Assembly: GCA_026387315.1 (NCBI GenBank) | Contig: JAPLLY010000015.1 | Location: 22,825-86,824 of the forward strand | Source: Candidatus Omnitrophota bacterium | GTDB taxonomy: Bacteria > Omnitrophota > Gorgyraeia > Gygaellales > Profunditerraquicolaceae | DNA: 64,000 bases | Reading direction: 5' to 3' | Shown: in pieces, positions 47,312 to 55,495 of the stretch | Numbering within the stretch: position 1 is the stretch's first letter | Layout: every line of letters starts with the position of its first letter | The notes under the pieces: generated by a model | What the model saw: only the letters and a program-made list of their open reading frames with translations | The model's database searches: none | What the model was told of the DNA's origin: nothing | Translations under genes and position numbers: made by a program

Positions 47312-49150
47312 ATGCCTGAATTAAGCTTCGAAAAGTCAGTTTCCGATACCATCTCTGGCGGCAGTTGGAAGAATATTGGTTTTAAAAAGCGCGCCGGGGT
47401 ATTAATTCCGTTGTTTACTGTTCATTCCAAGAATAGTTATGGCGTAGGCGACCTGGGTGATTTAAAGCTGGTTATTGATTGGGCAAAATTAACCGCCAAT
47501 TCTATCATTCAGCTTTTACCGATGAATGAAACCGGTTCATTCTTTTGCCCTTATGATGCCTTGAGTTCTTTTGCCCTGGAGCCGGCTTATATTTGTTTAA
47601 AATATTTTCCTAGACGGCATTCTGACCCTGAGCGGAACGCGGCCCCCGCCAAAGGCGGGGTTCCTCAGGATGACGATAGGGGATCCCAATATGTTGATTA
47701 CTCTGTAAAAGAGGGAAAGCTTAAATTACTTTGGGATGTCTATCTAGCCGCGGATTTGGCTGAAGCGTTGGATTTTGAAGAATTTCAACTGAAGAATTCT
47801 TATTGGCTGCCGGATTTTGCTCTATTTAAAGTGTTAAAGGAATATCATCAGGAAAAGCCCTGGTATGAATGGGAAAAAGGTTTTAAAGACCGTCAGCCAG
47901 AGGCGTTACGGGAATTCCAGCAGGAAAATATCGAGAAAATAACTTTTCAGATGTGGCTGCAATGGATTCTTTTTAAACAGTTTAAAGAGGCTAGTGTTTA
48001 TGCCGCCGCCAATAATGTTTTTATCAAAGGCGATTTGCCGGTTTTGGTTTCCCGGGATAGCGCGGATGTCTGGAGCCATTTAGAATTTTTCAAGCTGGAT
48101 TTTGCCGCCGGAGCTCCTGCGGATATGTACGCGGTTTTAGGGCAGCGCTGGGGAATGCCTACTTATAATTGGGAGGCGATTGCCCGCGATAATTATCGCT
48201 ACCTAAAAGAGAAATTAAAATACGCGCAGGAGTTTTATCATATCTTAAGGATTGACCATGTGGTCGGGCTTTTCCGTATCTGGAGCATACCTTATAGTGA
48301 TCCGGAGCAGAATCAGGGGTTAAACGGAGTTTTTGATCCGCTTGATGAACAGCTTTGGGATGAGCATGGCCGTAAGATCTTAAGCGTTTTGGCGCGGAAT
48401 ACTAAAATGTTGCTTTGCGCGGAAGATTTAGGTGTGATTCCGAAATGTTGTACTGCTGCCTTACTGGAATTTGGTATCCCGGGAAATGATGTACAGCGCT
48501 GGGTAAAAGATTGGAATGTCCGTCATGATTTTCTTGGGCCCCAGGAGTATCGGCAGCTGGCCGTGGCCATGCTTTCAACTCATGATACGACTAACTGGAA
48601 GGCCTGGTGGCAGTATGAAGCTGGCACAGTTGATCAGGGTTTATTCATCAGAAAGTGCAATGAACGCAAAATAGATTTTGCCAGGGTGAGTTTAAAACTT
48701 TTTGAGCTTAGCCTTTCGTTTCATGGGCGCCTGCGTTGGAAGAATGAGATTAATTGCCTAGATAAACTGCTTGGGGAGCTGGGTAAAAGAAAGGAAGAGG
48801 CCGGGGATTTTATTGAGCTTTATGAAAATACCTTTGCAGAAAAAGAAAAGCTTTGGAAGATTTTAGATTGCGCCGGAGAGATGGAGGAGATTGCCAGCGC
48901 GGATTTATTAGCCAGGGTAATGAAGTTTGTTTTAAGCTCTCGCGCGGTATTCTGCATTAATTCTATCCGGGATTATTTAAGCCTGGCGGGCCTATTTAAG
49001 GGTGACCCCTACCAATATCGGATCAATGTTCCCGGAACGATTAGCCCGAAAAACTGGTCGTTACGGCTTCCGCTTAGCCTTGAAGAATTACTCGCGCATC
49101 CGCTAAATAAGCAGATCCGTAAGATGATTGTGGATTCAGAGAGAGTTTAA
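47312..49150 (+). CDS. malQ: 4-alpha-glucanotransferase (GH77)
   Basis: IQLLP, GDLP, GQRWGMP, RIDHVVG, AEDLG, STHD, INVPG…NW. Confidence 0.92.
   Translation: MPELSFEKSVSDTISGGSWKNIGFKKRAGVLIPLFTVHSKNSYGVGDLGDLKLVIDWAKLTANSIIQLLPMNETGSFFCPYDALSSFALEPAYICLKYFPRRHSDPERNAAPAKGGVPQDDDRGSQYVDYSVKEGKLKLLWDVYLAADLAEALDFEEFQLKNSYWLPDFALFKVLKEYHQEKPWYEWEKGFKDRQPEALREFQQENIEKITFQMWLQWILFKQFKEASVYAAANNVFIKGDLPVLVSRDSADVWSHLEFFKLDFAAGAPADMYAVLGQRWGMPTYNWEAIARDNYRYLKEKLKYAQEFYHILRIDHVVGLFRIWSIPYSDPEQNQGLNGVFDPLDEQLWDEHGRKILSVLARNTKMLLCAEDLGVIPKCCTAALLEFGIPGNDVQRWVKDWNVRHDFLGPQEYRQLAVAMLSTHDTTNWKAWWQYEAGTVDQGLFIRKCNERKIDFARVSLKLFELSLSFHGRLRWKNEINCLDKLLGELGKRKEEAGDFIELYENTFAEKEKLWKILDCAGEMEEIASADLLARVMKFVLSSRAVFCINSIRDYLSLAGLFKGDPYQYRINVPGTISPKNWSLRLPLSLEELLAHPLNKQIRKMIVDSERV
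47615..47675. repeat. REP-like palindrome embedded in frame in malQ
   Basis: cggcattctga…ccccgccaaaggcgggg…tcaggatgacg. Confidence 0.7.
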
Positions 49151-49160
49151 AAATATTCAA

Positions 49161-49340
49161 AAATAAAGGGGTTCTATTTTTGAATTCCGGGGGGAATTCC
49201 TACTACTGTCATTCCCGCGAGGAACGTAGACCTACGCGGTCTACATATATGTAGACCGCGTAGGTCTACACAGGTAGACGGAAATTTAATCCCCACTGGA
49301 GTTTACCCCCGTGAAAACGGGGGTGGGAATGACGTTAGAA
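49161..49340. repeat. Composite of nested palindromes (family A shell, REP-like middle, family E core)
   Basis: gttctatt…aatagaaccgtcccc enclosing gtcattccc…gggaatgac enclosing a 44-bp perfect palindrome at 49226-49269. Confidence 0.85.
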
Positions 49341-49379
49341 GAATAGAACCGTCCCCGGGATTTATAAACTATTAATTTT

Positions 49380-50099
49380 ATGGGAACTTTGAAAGGCGCG
49401 GAATATTATATTTCTAAGTTAGCCGGTAAGGCGATGACTGACTATGCTATGGTGGCTAATGGGGATAAGATAGCGGTGGCTATTTCCGGCGGAAAGGACT
49501 CTTTAAGTTTACTTAAGCTTCTAAAAGATAGGCAGAAGTTTGTGCCTATAAAATATGAGCTTTTAGCCGTGCATGTGGATATGGGTTATCCCTGTCATCA
49601 TCCCAAGATTCTGGCGGAGTATTTTAATAAGATAGGCGTAGAGTATCATATTGAGAAAATTGATATATTAAAAGGCAAAAGCCGTAAGGATATCTCTTGT
49701 TTTTGGTGTTCCTGGAACCGGCGCAAAGCTCTTTTTGAAGTAACTAAACGTTTTAAGTGTACCAAGCTTGCTTTGGGCCACCATAAGGATGATATTATTG
49801 AAACTATTCTACTGAATATGTTTTTTAACGGAGAGATTTCGGGAATGAATCCGAAGCAGGAGCTTTTTAAGGGGGCAATCACGATTATCCGGCCGCTGGC
49901 TTATGTGGATGAGGATTTAATCGTAAAATTAGCTAAAGAATTGGAATTCCCGCATCATAAATGCGCCTGCCCGAATTCCATAACTTCTAAACGCACTAAG
50001 ATTACCGAAATTATCAAAGAGCTGAAGAAGGATTGCCCTGATATAAAGACTAATATTTTTAGAAGCATAAAAAGAATAAGATCGGAATATTTGCTTTAA
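49380..50099 (+). CDS. ttcA: tRNA 2-thiocytidine biosynthesis protein TtcA-like
   Basis: SGGKDS PP-loop, CFWC, GHHKDD, IRPL, CACP. Confidence 0.85.
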   Translation: MGTLKGAEYYISKLAGKAMTDYAMVANGDKIAVAISGGKDSLSLLKLLKDRQKFVPIKYELLAVHVDMGYPCHHPKILAEYFNKIGVEYHIEKIDILKGKSRKDISCFWCSWNRRKALFEVTKRFKCTKLALGHHKDDIIETILLNMFFNGEISGMNPKQELFKGAITIIRPLAYVDEDLIVKLAKELEFPHHKCACPNSITSKRTKITEIIKELKKDCPDIKTNIFRSIKRIRSEYLL

Positions 50100-50129
50100 T
50101 CGCCAAGCTTGCGGTGGTATAATAACTTT

Positions 50130-51056
50130 ATGATTATTCTAGCGGCAATATTATTACTAAGTTTAGCCGGATTTATCGTGGCGGTCGTGCTCAAAATTTC
50201 CTCTCAGGTTAATGAGCGCCTGAATCAGATGAATCAGTCTATTCAGGAGGCTAATAAAATTATCGGCCAGAATTTAGGCGGCGCTACCGCTGTCTTCGGA
50301 AATGTCAAAGAGCAGTTGGGAAAGCTGGAGGAGACCAATAAACAGATTATCGCTATCAGTAAAGATATTTCCAGCCTCCAGGAGCTTTTACGCGCGCCAA
50401 AATTTCGCGGGGCGATGGGAGAGGTTTTATTAGAAAATTTACTTTCTCAGGTTTTGCCTAAAGAGCATTATCAGGCTCAATATCGTTTTAAAAATGGGGA
50501 TGCCGTGGACGCGGTTATCCGGCTTGGCGAGCGGTTAGTTCCGGTGGACGCTAAGTTTAGTTTAGAGAATTTCCAGAAGATGATGGAGGCCGGGGATGAA
50601 CCAGCAAAAGATTCTTTTCGTAAAAAATTTATTCAGGACATAAAAAATCGCATCAATGAGATTGCCGCGAAATATATTTTGCCCGCGGAAAATACTTATG
50701 ATTTTGCCCTGATGTATATTCCGGCGGAGAATGTTTATTATGAAGTGATTATTAAAGAGGATATCTTTACTTACAGTATGTCGAAAAAAGTTATTCCCGT
50801 CTCGCCGAATACTTTCTACGCTTATTTACAGGTAATTTGTTTAGGTTTGCGCGGCCTTAAAGTGGAGGAGAACGCTAAGATGATTTTAAAAAGTTTAGGC
50901 GCTCTTTCTATCGAGACGGATAAATTTAAAGAAGATTTTAATATCTTAGGCGGCCATCTTTTAAATGCCAATACTAAGTACGCGGACGCGCAGAAGCGTT
51001 TTGATAAGGTCTCTGAGCGCCTGATAAACATTCAGGATACCAAGTCCATAGAATAA
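50130..51056 (+). CDS. rmuC: DNA recombination protein RmuC family
   Basis: RGAMGE..LE, VDAKF, DFALMYIPAE, SPNT; N-terminal TM segment. Confidence 0.92.
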   Translation: MIILAAILLLSLAGFIVAVVLKISSQVNERLNQMNQSIQEANKIIGQNLGGATAVFGNVKEQLGKLEETNKQIIAISKDISSLQELLRAPKFRGAMGEVLLENLLSQVLPKEHYQAQYRFKNGDAVDAVIRLGERLVPVDAKFSLENFQKMMEAGDEPAKDSFRKKFIQDIKNRINEIAAKYILPAENTYDFALMYIPAENVYYEVIIKEDIFTYSMSKKVIPVSPNTFYAYLQVICLGLRGLKVEENAKMILKSLGALSIETDKFKEDFNILGGHLLNANTKYADAQKRFDKVSERLINIQDTKSIE

Positions 51057-51075
51057 ATGGAATTACTCGCCAAGC

Positions 51076-51123
51076 ACGTAGACCTACGCGGTCTACATAT
51101 ATGTAGACCGCGTAGGTCTACGT
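51076..51123. repeat. Family E 48-bp perfect palindrome
   Basis: acgtagacctacgcggtctacata|tatgtagaccgcgtaggtctacgt. Confidence 0.92.
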
Positions 51124-51147
51124 AGGTAAACGGGAATAAATTAACCT

Positions 51148-51396
51148 ATGATTTTTAATATTCGGGTTAGCCCTCGCGCCAGCCGTAACCGGGTTGAGCA
51201 AATCGGAAATACTTTGAAGGTTTATTTGACTAAACCGGCCTCTGACGGCCTGGCGAACAGCCAGCTGATTGAGTTTTTAAGCGAACATTTTAAAATTAAG
51301 AAATATCAGATTAAGATCAAAAGCGGCATAAAATCGCGCAATAAACTGGTAGAGATAAATAGATCCTTAAAAACAAAGGGGACGGTTCTATTTTAA
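51148..51396 (+). CDS. DUF167 (YggU) family protein with an insertion-derived C-terminus
   Basis: RVSPRAS, DGLAN, G.KSRNK. Confidence 0.88.
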   Translation: MIFNIRVSPRASRNRVEQIGNTLKVYLTKPASDGLANSQLIEFLSEHFKIKKYQIKIKSGIKSRNKLVEINRSLKTKGTVLF

Positions 51397-51437
51397 AAAT
51401 AGAACCGTCCCCTGGATTCATAAACTGGTAGAGATAA
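51341..51437. mobile_element. Family A palindrome flanked by an 18-bp direct repeat
   Basis: ataaactggtagagataa at 51341-51358 and 51420-51437 around the palindrome at 51377-51413. Confidence 0.85.
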
Positions 51438-52166
51438 GTGCAGCCGTCTAATCCATTAGAAAAATTCAAGATAGAATCGGTGATCGCTTCTTTTAGCCGG
51501 CGCCAGGATGGGAATATGTCTTTGTGTTTTGGAGATACACGGGATGCTTTAGAAAATCGGGGGAAATTTCTAACTTCTCTGGGTATTGACTATCGAAATT
51601 TAATTACGGCTAAACAAGTTCATGGGAAGAATGTCAAGTATGTGGGGCAAGAAAATAAAGGAAACGGCGCCTTGGATTACGAGAGTTCGGTTATGGATAC
51701 GGATGGTTTTATAACCGACCAGCCCGGCGTTCCGCTGGCGGTATTAACCGCGGATTGCTTGTCAGTTTTTATTTATGATCCTAAACGGCCGGCGATTGCT
51801 ATTTTACACGCGGGTTGGCGCGGCACTGAGCAGAATATTTCTCAGGAGGGGGTCAGGGCAATGCAAAATAAATTTGGCAGCCAGCCCAAGGATTTACTGG
51901 TTGGTTTTGGGCCGTCCATTCGTTCCTGTTGTTTCCAGGTCGAGGATGATTTTAAAAGTAATTTTGCTTTCGGGCTGGCCGCAAAAGACGGCCGGGTTTT
52001 TATGGATATCGCGCTGATCAATCAAAGGCAGTTGATTGATTGCGGAGTAAGAGCAGGAAATATTTTTGACCCCGCGCTTTGCACCTTTTCTGATGATGAT
52101 TTTTTTTCATTCCGCAAGGAAGCCAAGGATGCTGGCAGGTTGATTTCTGTGATGATGCTTAAATGA
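51438..52166 (+). CDS. PgeF/YfiH family protein
   Basis: QVHG, TADC, HAGWRG, GPSI..CCF, FFSFR. Confidence 0.93.
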   Translation: MQPSNPLEKFKIESVIASFSRRQDGNMSLCFGDTRDALENRGKFLTSLGIDYRNLITAKQVHGKNVKYVGQENKGNGALDYESSVMDTDGFITDQPGVPLAVLTADCLSVFIYDPKRPAIAILHAGWRGTEQNISQEGVRAMQNKFGSQPKDLLVGFGPSIRSCCFQVEDDFKSNFAFGLAAKDGRVFMDIALINQRQLIDCGVRAGNIFDPALCTFSDDDFFSFRKEAKDAGRLISVMMLK

Positions 52167-52393
52167 GCACAAAATACGTACTGGAGTTTGTTTTACATGC
52201 TAAAGACAGCTCGCCGAAAATCATTAAGAGCGCCTTGGCGGAGTTTGGCAGTGATTTGGTAGTTGGTGATTGCCAAAAGCAAGGGGAAAGTTGCAATTAC
52301 CAGGTAAGTATGATTACCGAAGATCCTACTTTAGTTTTCGACCTTTGCTCGCAATTGGGCAGAATTAGGTCGGTTAAGGTGCGCGAAAGCTAA
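52163..52393 (+). CDS. Hypothetical protein
   Basis: 76-aa ORF coupled by an ATGA overlap. Confidence 0.65.
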   Translation: MSTKYVLEFVLHAKDSSPKIIKSALAEFGSDLVVGDCQKQGESCNYQVSMITEDPTLVFDLCSQLGRIRSVKVRES

Positions 52394-52408
52394 GGGATGA
52401 TTAAAAAC

Positions 52409-52456
52409 AAGGGGACGGTTCTATTTTTTATATATAAAAAATAGCACCGTCCCCTT
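52409..52456. repeat. Family A palindrome (one mismatch)
   Basis: aaggggacggttcta…tagcaccgtcccctt. Confidence 0.88.
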
Positions 52457-52519
52457 TATTCTTGAATGAAGTAGATATCCATGGTATGATTGTTTTAAGA
52501 ATGGAGGTTAGTTTAAACT

Positions 52520-52831
52520 ATGTATGTGGTTGTCCTGGTTACCGCGAAAGATAAAAAAGAGGCGCGTAAAATTTCTATCGCGCTGATTAAGGCTAAATTA
52601 GCCGCTTGCGTTAATATCGTGGATAAAGTTGATTCGGTGTTTTTTTGGGCGGGAAAAATTGATCAGGCCCAAGAATCTCTGCTGGTGATTAAATCCAAGC
52701 GAGAGAAATTGCCCCGCATTATTAAGTTGGTCCGGTCTTTACATAGTTATGAAGTTCCGGAAATTATCGCCGTCCCCATAATTGCCGGAGATCGGCCATA
52801 TTTAAGGTGGATTAATGCTGCTCTCCGGTAG
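52520..52831 (+). CDS. cutA: Divalent-cation tolerance protein CutA
   Basis: LAACVNI, HSYEVPEII, YLRW. Confidence 0.95.
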   Translation: MYVVVLVTAKDKKEARKISIALIKAKLAACVNIVDKVDSVFFWAGKIDQAQESLLVIKSKREKLPRIIKLVRSLHSYEVPEIIAVPIIAGDRPYLRWINAALR

Positions 52832-53483
52832 CCCGTTTGATTTTGTTTTTGCTTTTTTTGGAGGGTTACTCGCCAGCTTTACTCCTTGCGTGTATCCGCT
52901 TATTCCGATTAGTACCGGATACATAATCGGCAACGCGCAAAATTCTAAAATTAAAGGGTTTTTATTAAGTTTATTTTATGTTACCGGTATCGCCGTTACT
53001 TATTCTTCCTTGGGAATCCTGGCAGTATTATCCGGGAGAATATTCGGGGAATTCAGCGTCAACCCCATAGTTAACCTTATCTGTGGAGTCCTCATTTTAA
53101 TTTTCGGGATTTCCATGTTTGATTTATTCCAATTTAATTTTACTTTGAATTTAAAGGCTCCGGTTCACAGAAAAAGAAGCTATTTTTTGGCCCTATTCTT
53201 AGGGCTGGTTTCAGGATTAATGATTTCACCCTGCCTCACGCCGATTCTGGGCGCGATTTTGACGTATTTATCGACTACGAAAAACATACTCTACGGCGGA
53301 TTTTTATTGCTTAGTTTTTCCTATGGCATGGGCCTGATTTTTATTTTAATCGGTACTTTCGGGGTTAGTTTTACCGGCCTGCCTAGGCCCGGCAAGTGGA
53401 TGGTGGCCATCAAGCAAGTTTGCGCGGCAATTATTGTTTTAACCGGTTTATATTTTATTATCGCGGCCTTAAGGAGATTTTAA
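52815..53483 (+). CDS. CcdA/DsbD transmembrane disulfide interchange protein
   Basis: SFTPCVYPLIP, SPCLTPIL, PGKWM. Confidence 0.92.
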   Translation: MLLSGSPFDFVFAFFGGLLASFTPCVYPLIPISTGYIIGNAQNSKIKGFLLSLFYVTGIAVTYSSLGILAVLSGRIFGEFSVNPIVNLICGVLILIFGISMFDLFQFNFTLNLKAPVHRKRSYFLALFLGLVSGLMISPCLTPILGAILTYLSTTKNILYGGFLLLSFSYGMGLIFILIGTFGVSFTGLPRPGKWMVAIKQVCAAIIVLTGLYFIIAALRRF

Positions 53484-53956
53484 TGCGGAATTTTAGAAAA
53501 TTTAGGATGCTGTTATTAATGGCGTTAATATCTTTAGCTTTAGGTTTCGGTAAAGGAGCTTTGGCTAATGATATAATATTAAATGATTTAGGCGGCCGGG
53601 CAGTGAATCTTTCCAGCTCTAAAGGTAAACCGGTGATTCTTTTTTTCTGGACGACCTGGTGCCCTTATTGCCGCCAGGAAATAAAAGTGTTGAATCAGAG
53701 GTACGCTCAAATAGAGAAGGAAGGTATAGTTATTTTTGGGGTTAATGTGAGTGAGCCGGATTATAAAGTGCAAAAATTCTTTAAGGGGTATCAGCTTAAT
53801 TTTAAAATACTGTTAGATCAAGCCGGATTGTTGGCGGATAAATACAATTTGATGGGCGTGCCTACGTATGTCTTTCTGGACAAAACCGGACAAGTAATTT
53901 CACAGGTTCACAGCTTACCGAACAATTATAAAAGTTTGCTATTTAAGAATGAGTAG
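53483..53956 (+). CDS. TlpA-family thiol-disulfide oxidoreductase
   Basis: Signal peptide, FWTTWCPYC, GVPT. Confidence 0.9.
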   Translation: MRNFRKFRMLLLMALISLALGFGKGALANDIILNDLGGRAVNLSSSKGKPVILFFWTTWCPYCRQEIKVLNQRYAQIEKEGIVIFGVNVSEPDYKVQKFFKGYQLNFKILLDQAGLLADKYNLMGVPTYVFLDKTGQVISQVHSLPNNYKSLLFKNE

Positions 53957-54338
53957 ATTTTATCAGCTAATTGAAGATATTTGTATTCAGGACAAACGCT
54001 ATAAGCCGGATGCCTATGAATTTGTATTGCAAGGTTTAGGCTTTACCCAGAAAAAACTAAAAAAAACTATGCATGTCAGCGGCGGACAGTTGGCCCATGG
54101 CCTGCGGGATTACGCTATTAATCAGTATGGCCCTTTAGCCAGCCGGGTTTTAGCTTACTGGGGAATAAACCAAACGCGGGATTTCGGCAATATTGTTTTT
54201 AATCTGATCGAAAAAAAGCTTTTATCCAAGACTAAAGAAGATTCCCTGCTTGATTTTGACGCGGTTTATGATTTTAAAACGGCTTTTTCTAATGTTTTAG
54301 CGGATAGCGTAATGGAAGCATTTAAAGTAAAAAGATGA
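53949..54338 (+). CDS. Minf_1886-like conserved protein
   Basis: DKRY..DAYEFV, HVSG.QL, YG.LA..VL..WGI..T.DFGNIVFNL. Confidence 0.8.
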   Translation: MSRFYQLIEDICIQDKRYKPDAYEFVLQGLGFTQKKLKKTMHVSGGQLAHGLRDYAINQYGPLASRVLAYWGINQTRDFGNIVFNLIEKKLLSKTKEDSLLDFDAVYDFKTAFSNVLADSVMEAFKVKR

Positions 54339-55369
54339 TGAATTTAAAAGGCCTGGCCACGGGTGTCGGCAGCCTTCCTTTAACCGATGCCCAAATCGCG
54401 CTAGACTTAATCCTGCGTTATGTTCCCGCGGCGCCCTTTTGGCCGCAGCTGCCTAAAGCTAACGCCCGCGAGGGGATGCTCGCTCAGTTCAGTGAAAACC
54501 TGCCCGGGCTTAAGTTTGATGGCGGCGATTTACATTTTATCGCGCAGGATAAAGAAAAAGAGCTGGAATTATTTTATGATCGATTTATTGCCCAGGATCT
54601 GGAATATTTTAAAATAGGCTCGGATTTTGCCCGGGGCCTGCCCGCATTTTACGAGCGCCTTGGCAGGGTGGATTTATCCGGCGTAGAGTTTATCAAGTGC
54701 CAGGTTACCGGCCCTTTTACTTTTTGTTCCGGGATAACCGATAGCCAAGGCAAGATTATTTTGCATGATCCAGTGTTGATGCAGGCGATGGTTAAAGGCT
54801 TAGGCATGAAGGCGCTCTGGCAGTTGGAGTATTTTAAGAAATTTGGCAAAAAGATGATTATGTTTTTTGATGAACCGTATCTGACCGGAGTAGGTTCCGC
54901 TTATACGCCGGTTGATCGTAATCAGGTAATTGAAGTTTACTCTGAACTCGCGGATACCCTAAAAAGCCAAGATAGTTTAATCGGTATTCACTGCTGCGGC
55001 AATACAGACTGGTCCATGCTCACGGATATCGCGGGCGTGGATATTATTAACTTTGATGCTTTTAATTTTCAGGAGAGGTTTGTGCTTTACGCGGATAACC
55101 TTAATCGTTTTCTTAAAAAAGGAGGGATTATCTGCTGGGGGATAGTCCCGACCCAAGAATTCAATACTGGCCAGAGCCCTGAGCTACTGGCGCGAAAGAT
55201 AAAGATTGGTTTGGATATGCTGGTAAAGAAGGGAATTGACCGCCAACTTTTATTGGCAAGGCTTCTGATCAGCCCGGCCTGCGGTTTAGGCAACTTGGAT
55301 GCTCAAAAGGCAGAAGGAATTTTGAGCCTGCTTAATCAAACCAGCGTTTTTATCCGGGAAAATTTCTAA
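54335..55369 (+). CDS. Methionine synthase-like protein (single MetE-type catalytic barrel)
   Basis: TGVGSLP, FWPQLP, QVTGPFT, FDEP, IHCCG, ISPACG. Confidence 0.75.
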   Translation: MMNLKGLATGVGSLPLTDAQIALDLILRYVPAAPFWPQLPKANAREGMLAQFSENLPGLKFDGGDLHFIAQDKEKELELFYDRFIAQDLEYFKIGSDFARGLPAFYERLGRVDLSGVEFIKCQVTGPFTFCSGITDSQGKIILHDPVLMQAMVKGLGMKALWQLEYFKKFGKKMIMFFDEPYLTGVGSAYTPVDRNQVIEVYSELADTLKSQDSLIGIHCCGNTDWSMLTDIAGVDIINFDAFNFQERFVLYADNLNRFLKKGGIICWGIVPTQEFNTGQSPELLARKIKIGLDMLVKKGIDRQLLLARLLISPACGLGNLDAQKAEGILSLLNQTSVFIRENF

Positions 55370-55495
55370 TATTTTGTAGAAACGCAAAATTTTGCGCCGC
55401 TATTGAAAAATAGGTAAAAATAGAACTGTTGCCTTCTTGAGTAAAAGAGCGGGGCCAGGCTTAAATTTTAAAAATAAGTCTTAACGGAGGTTATT

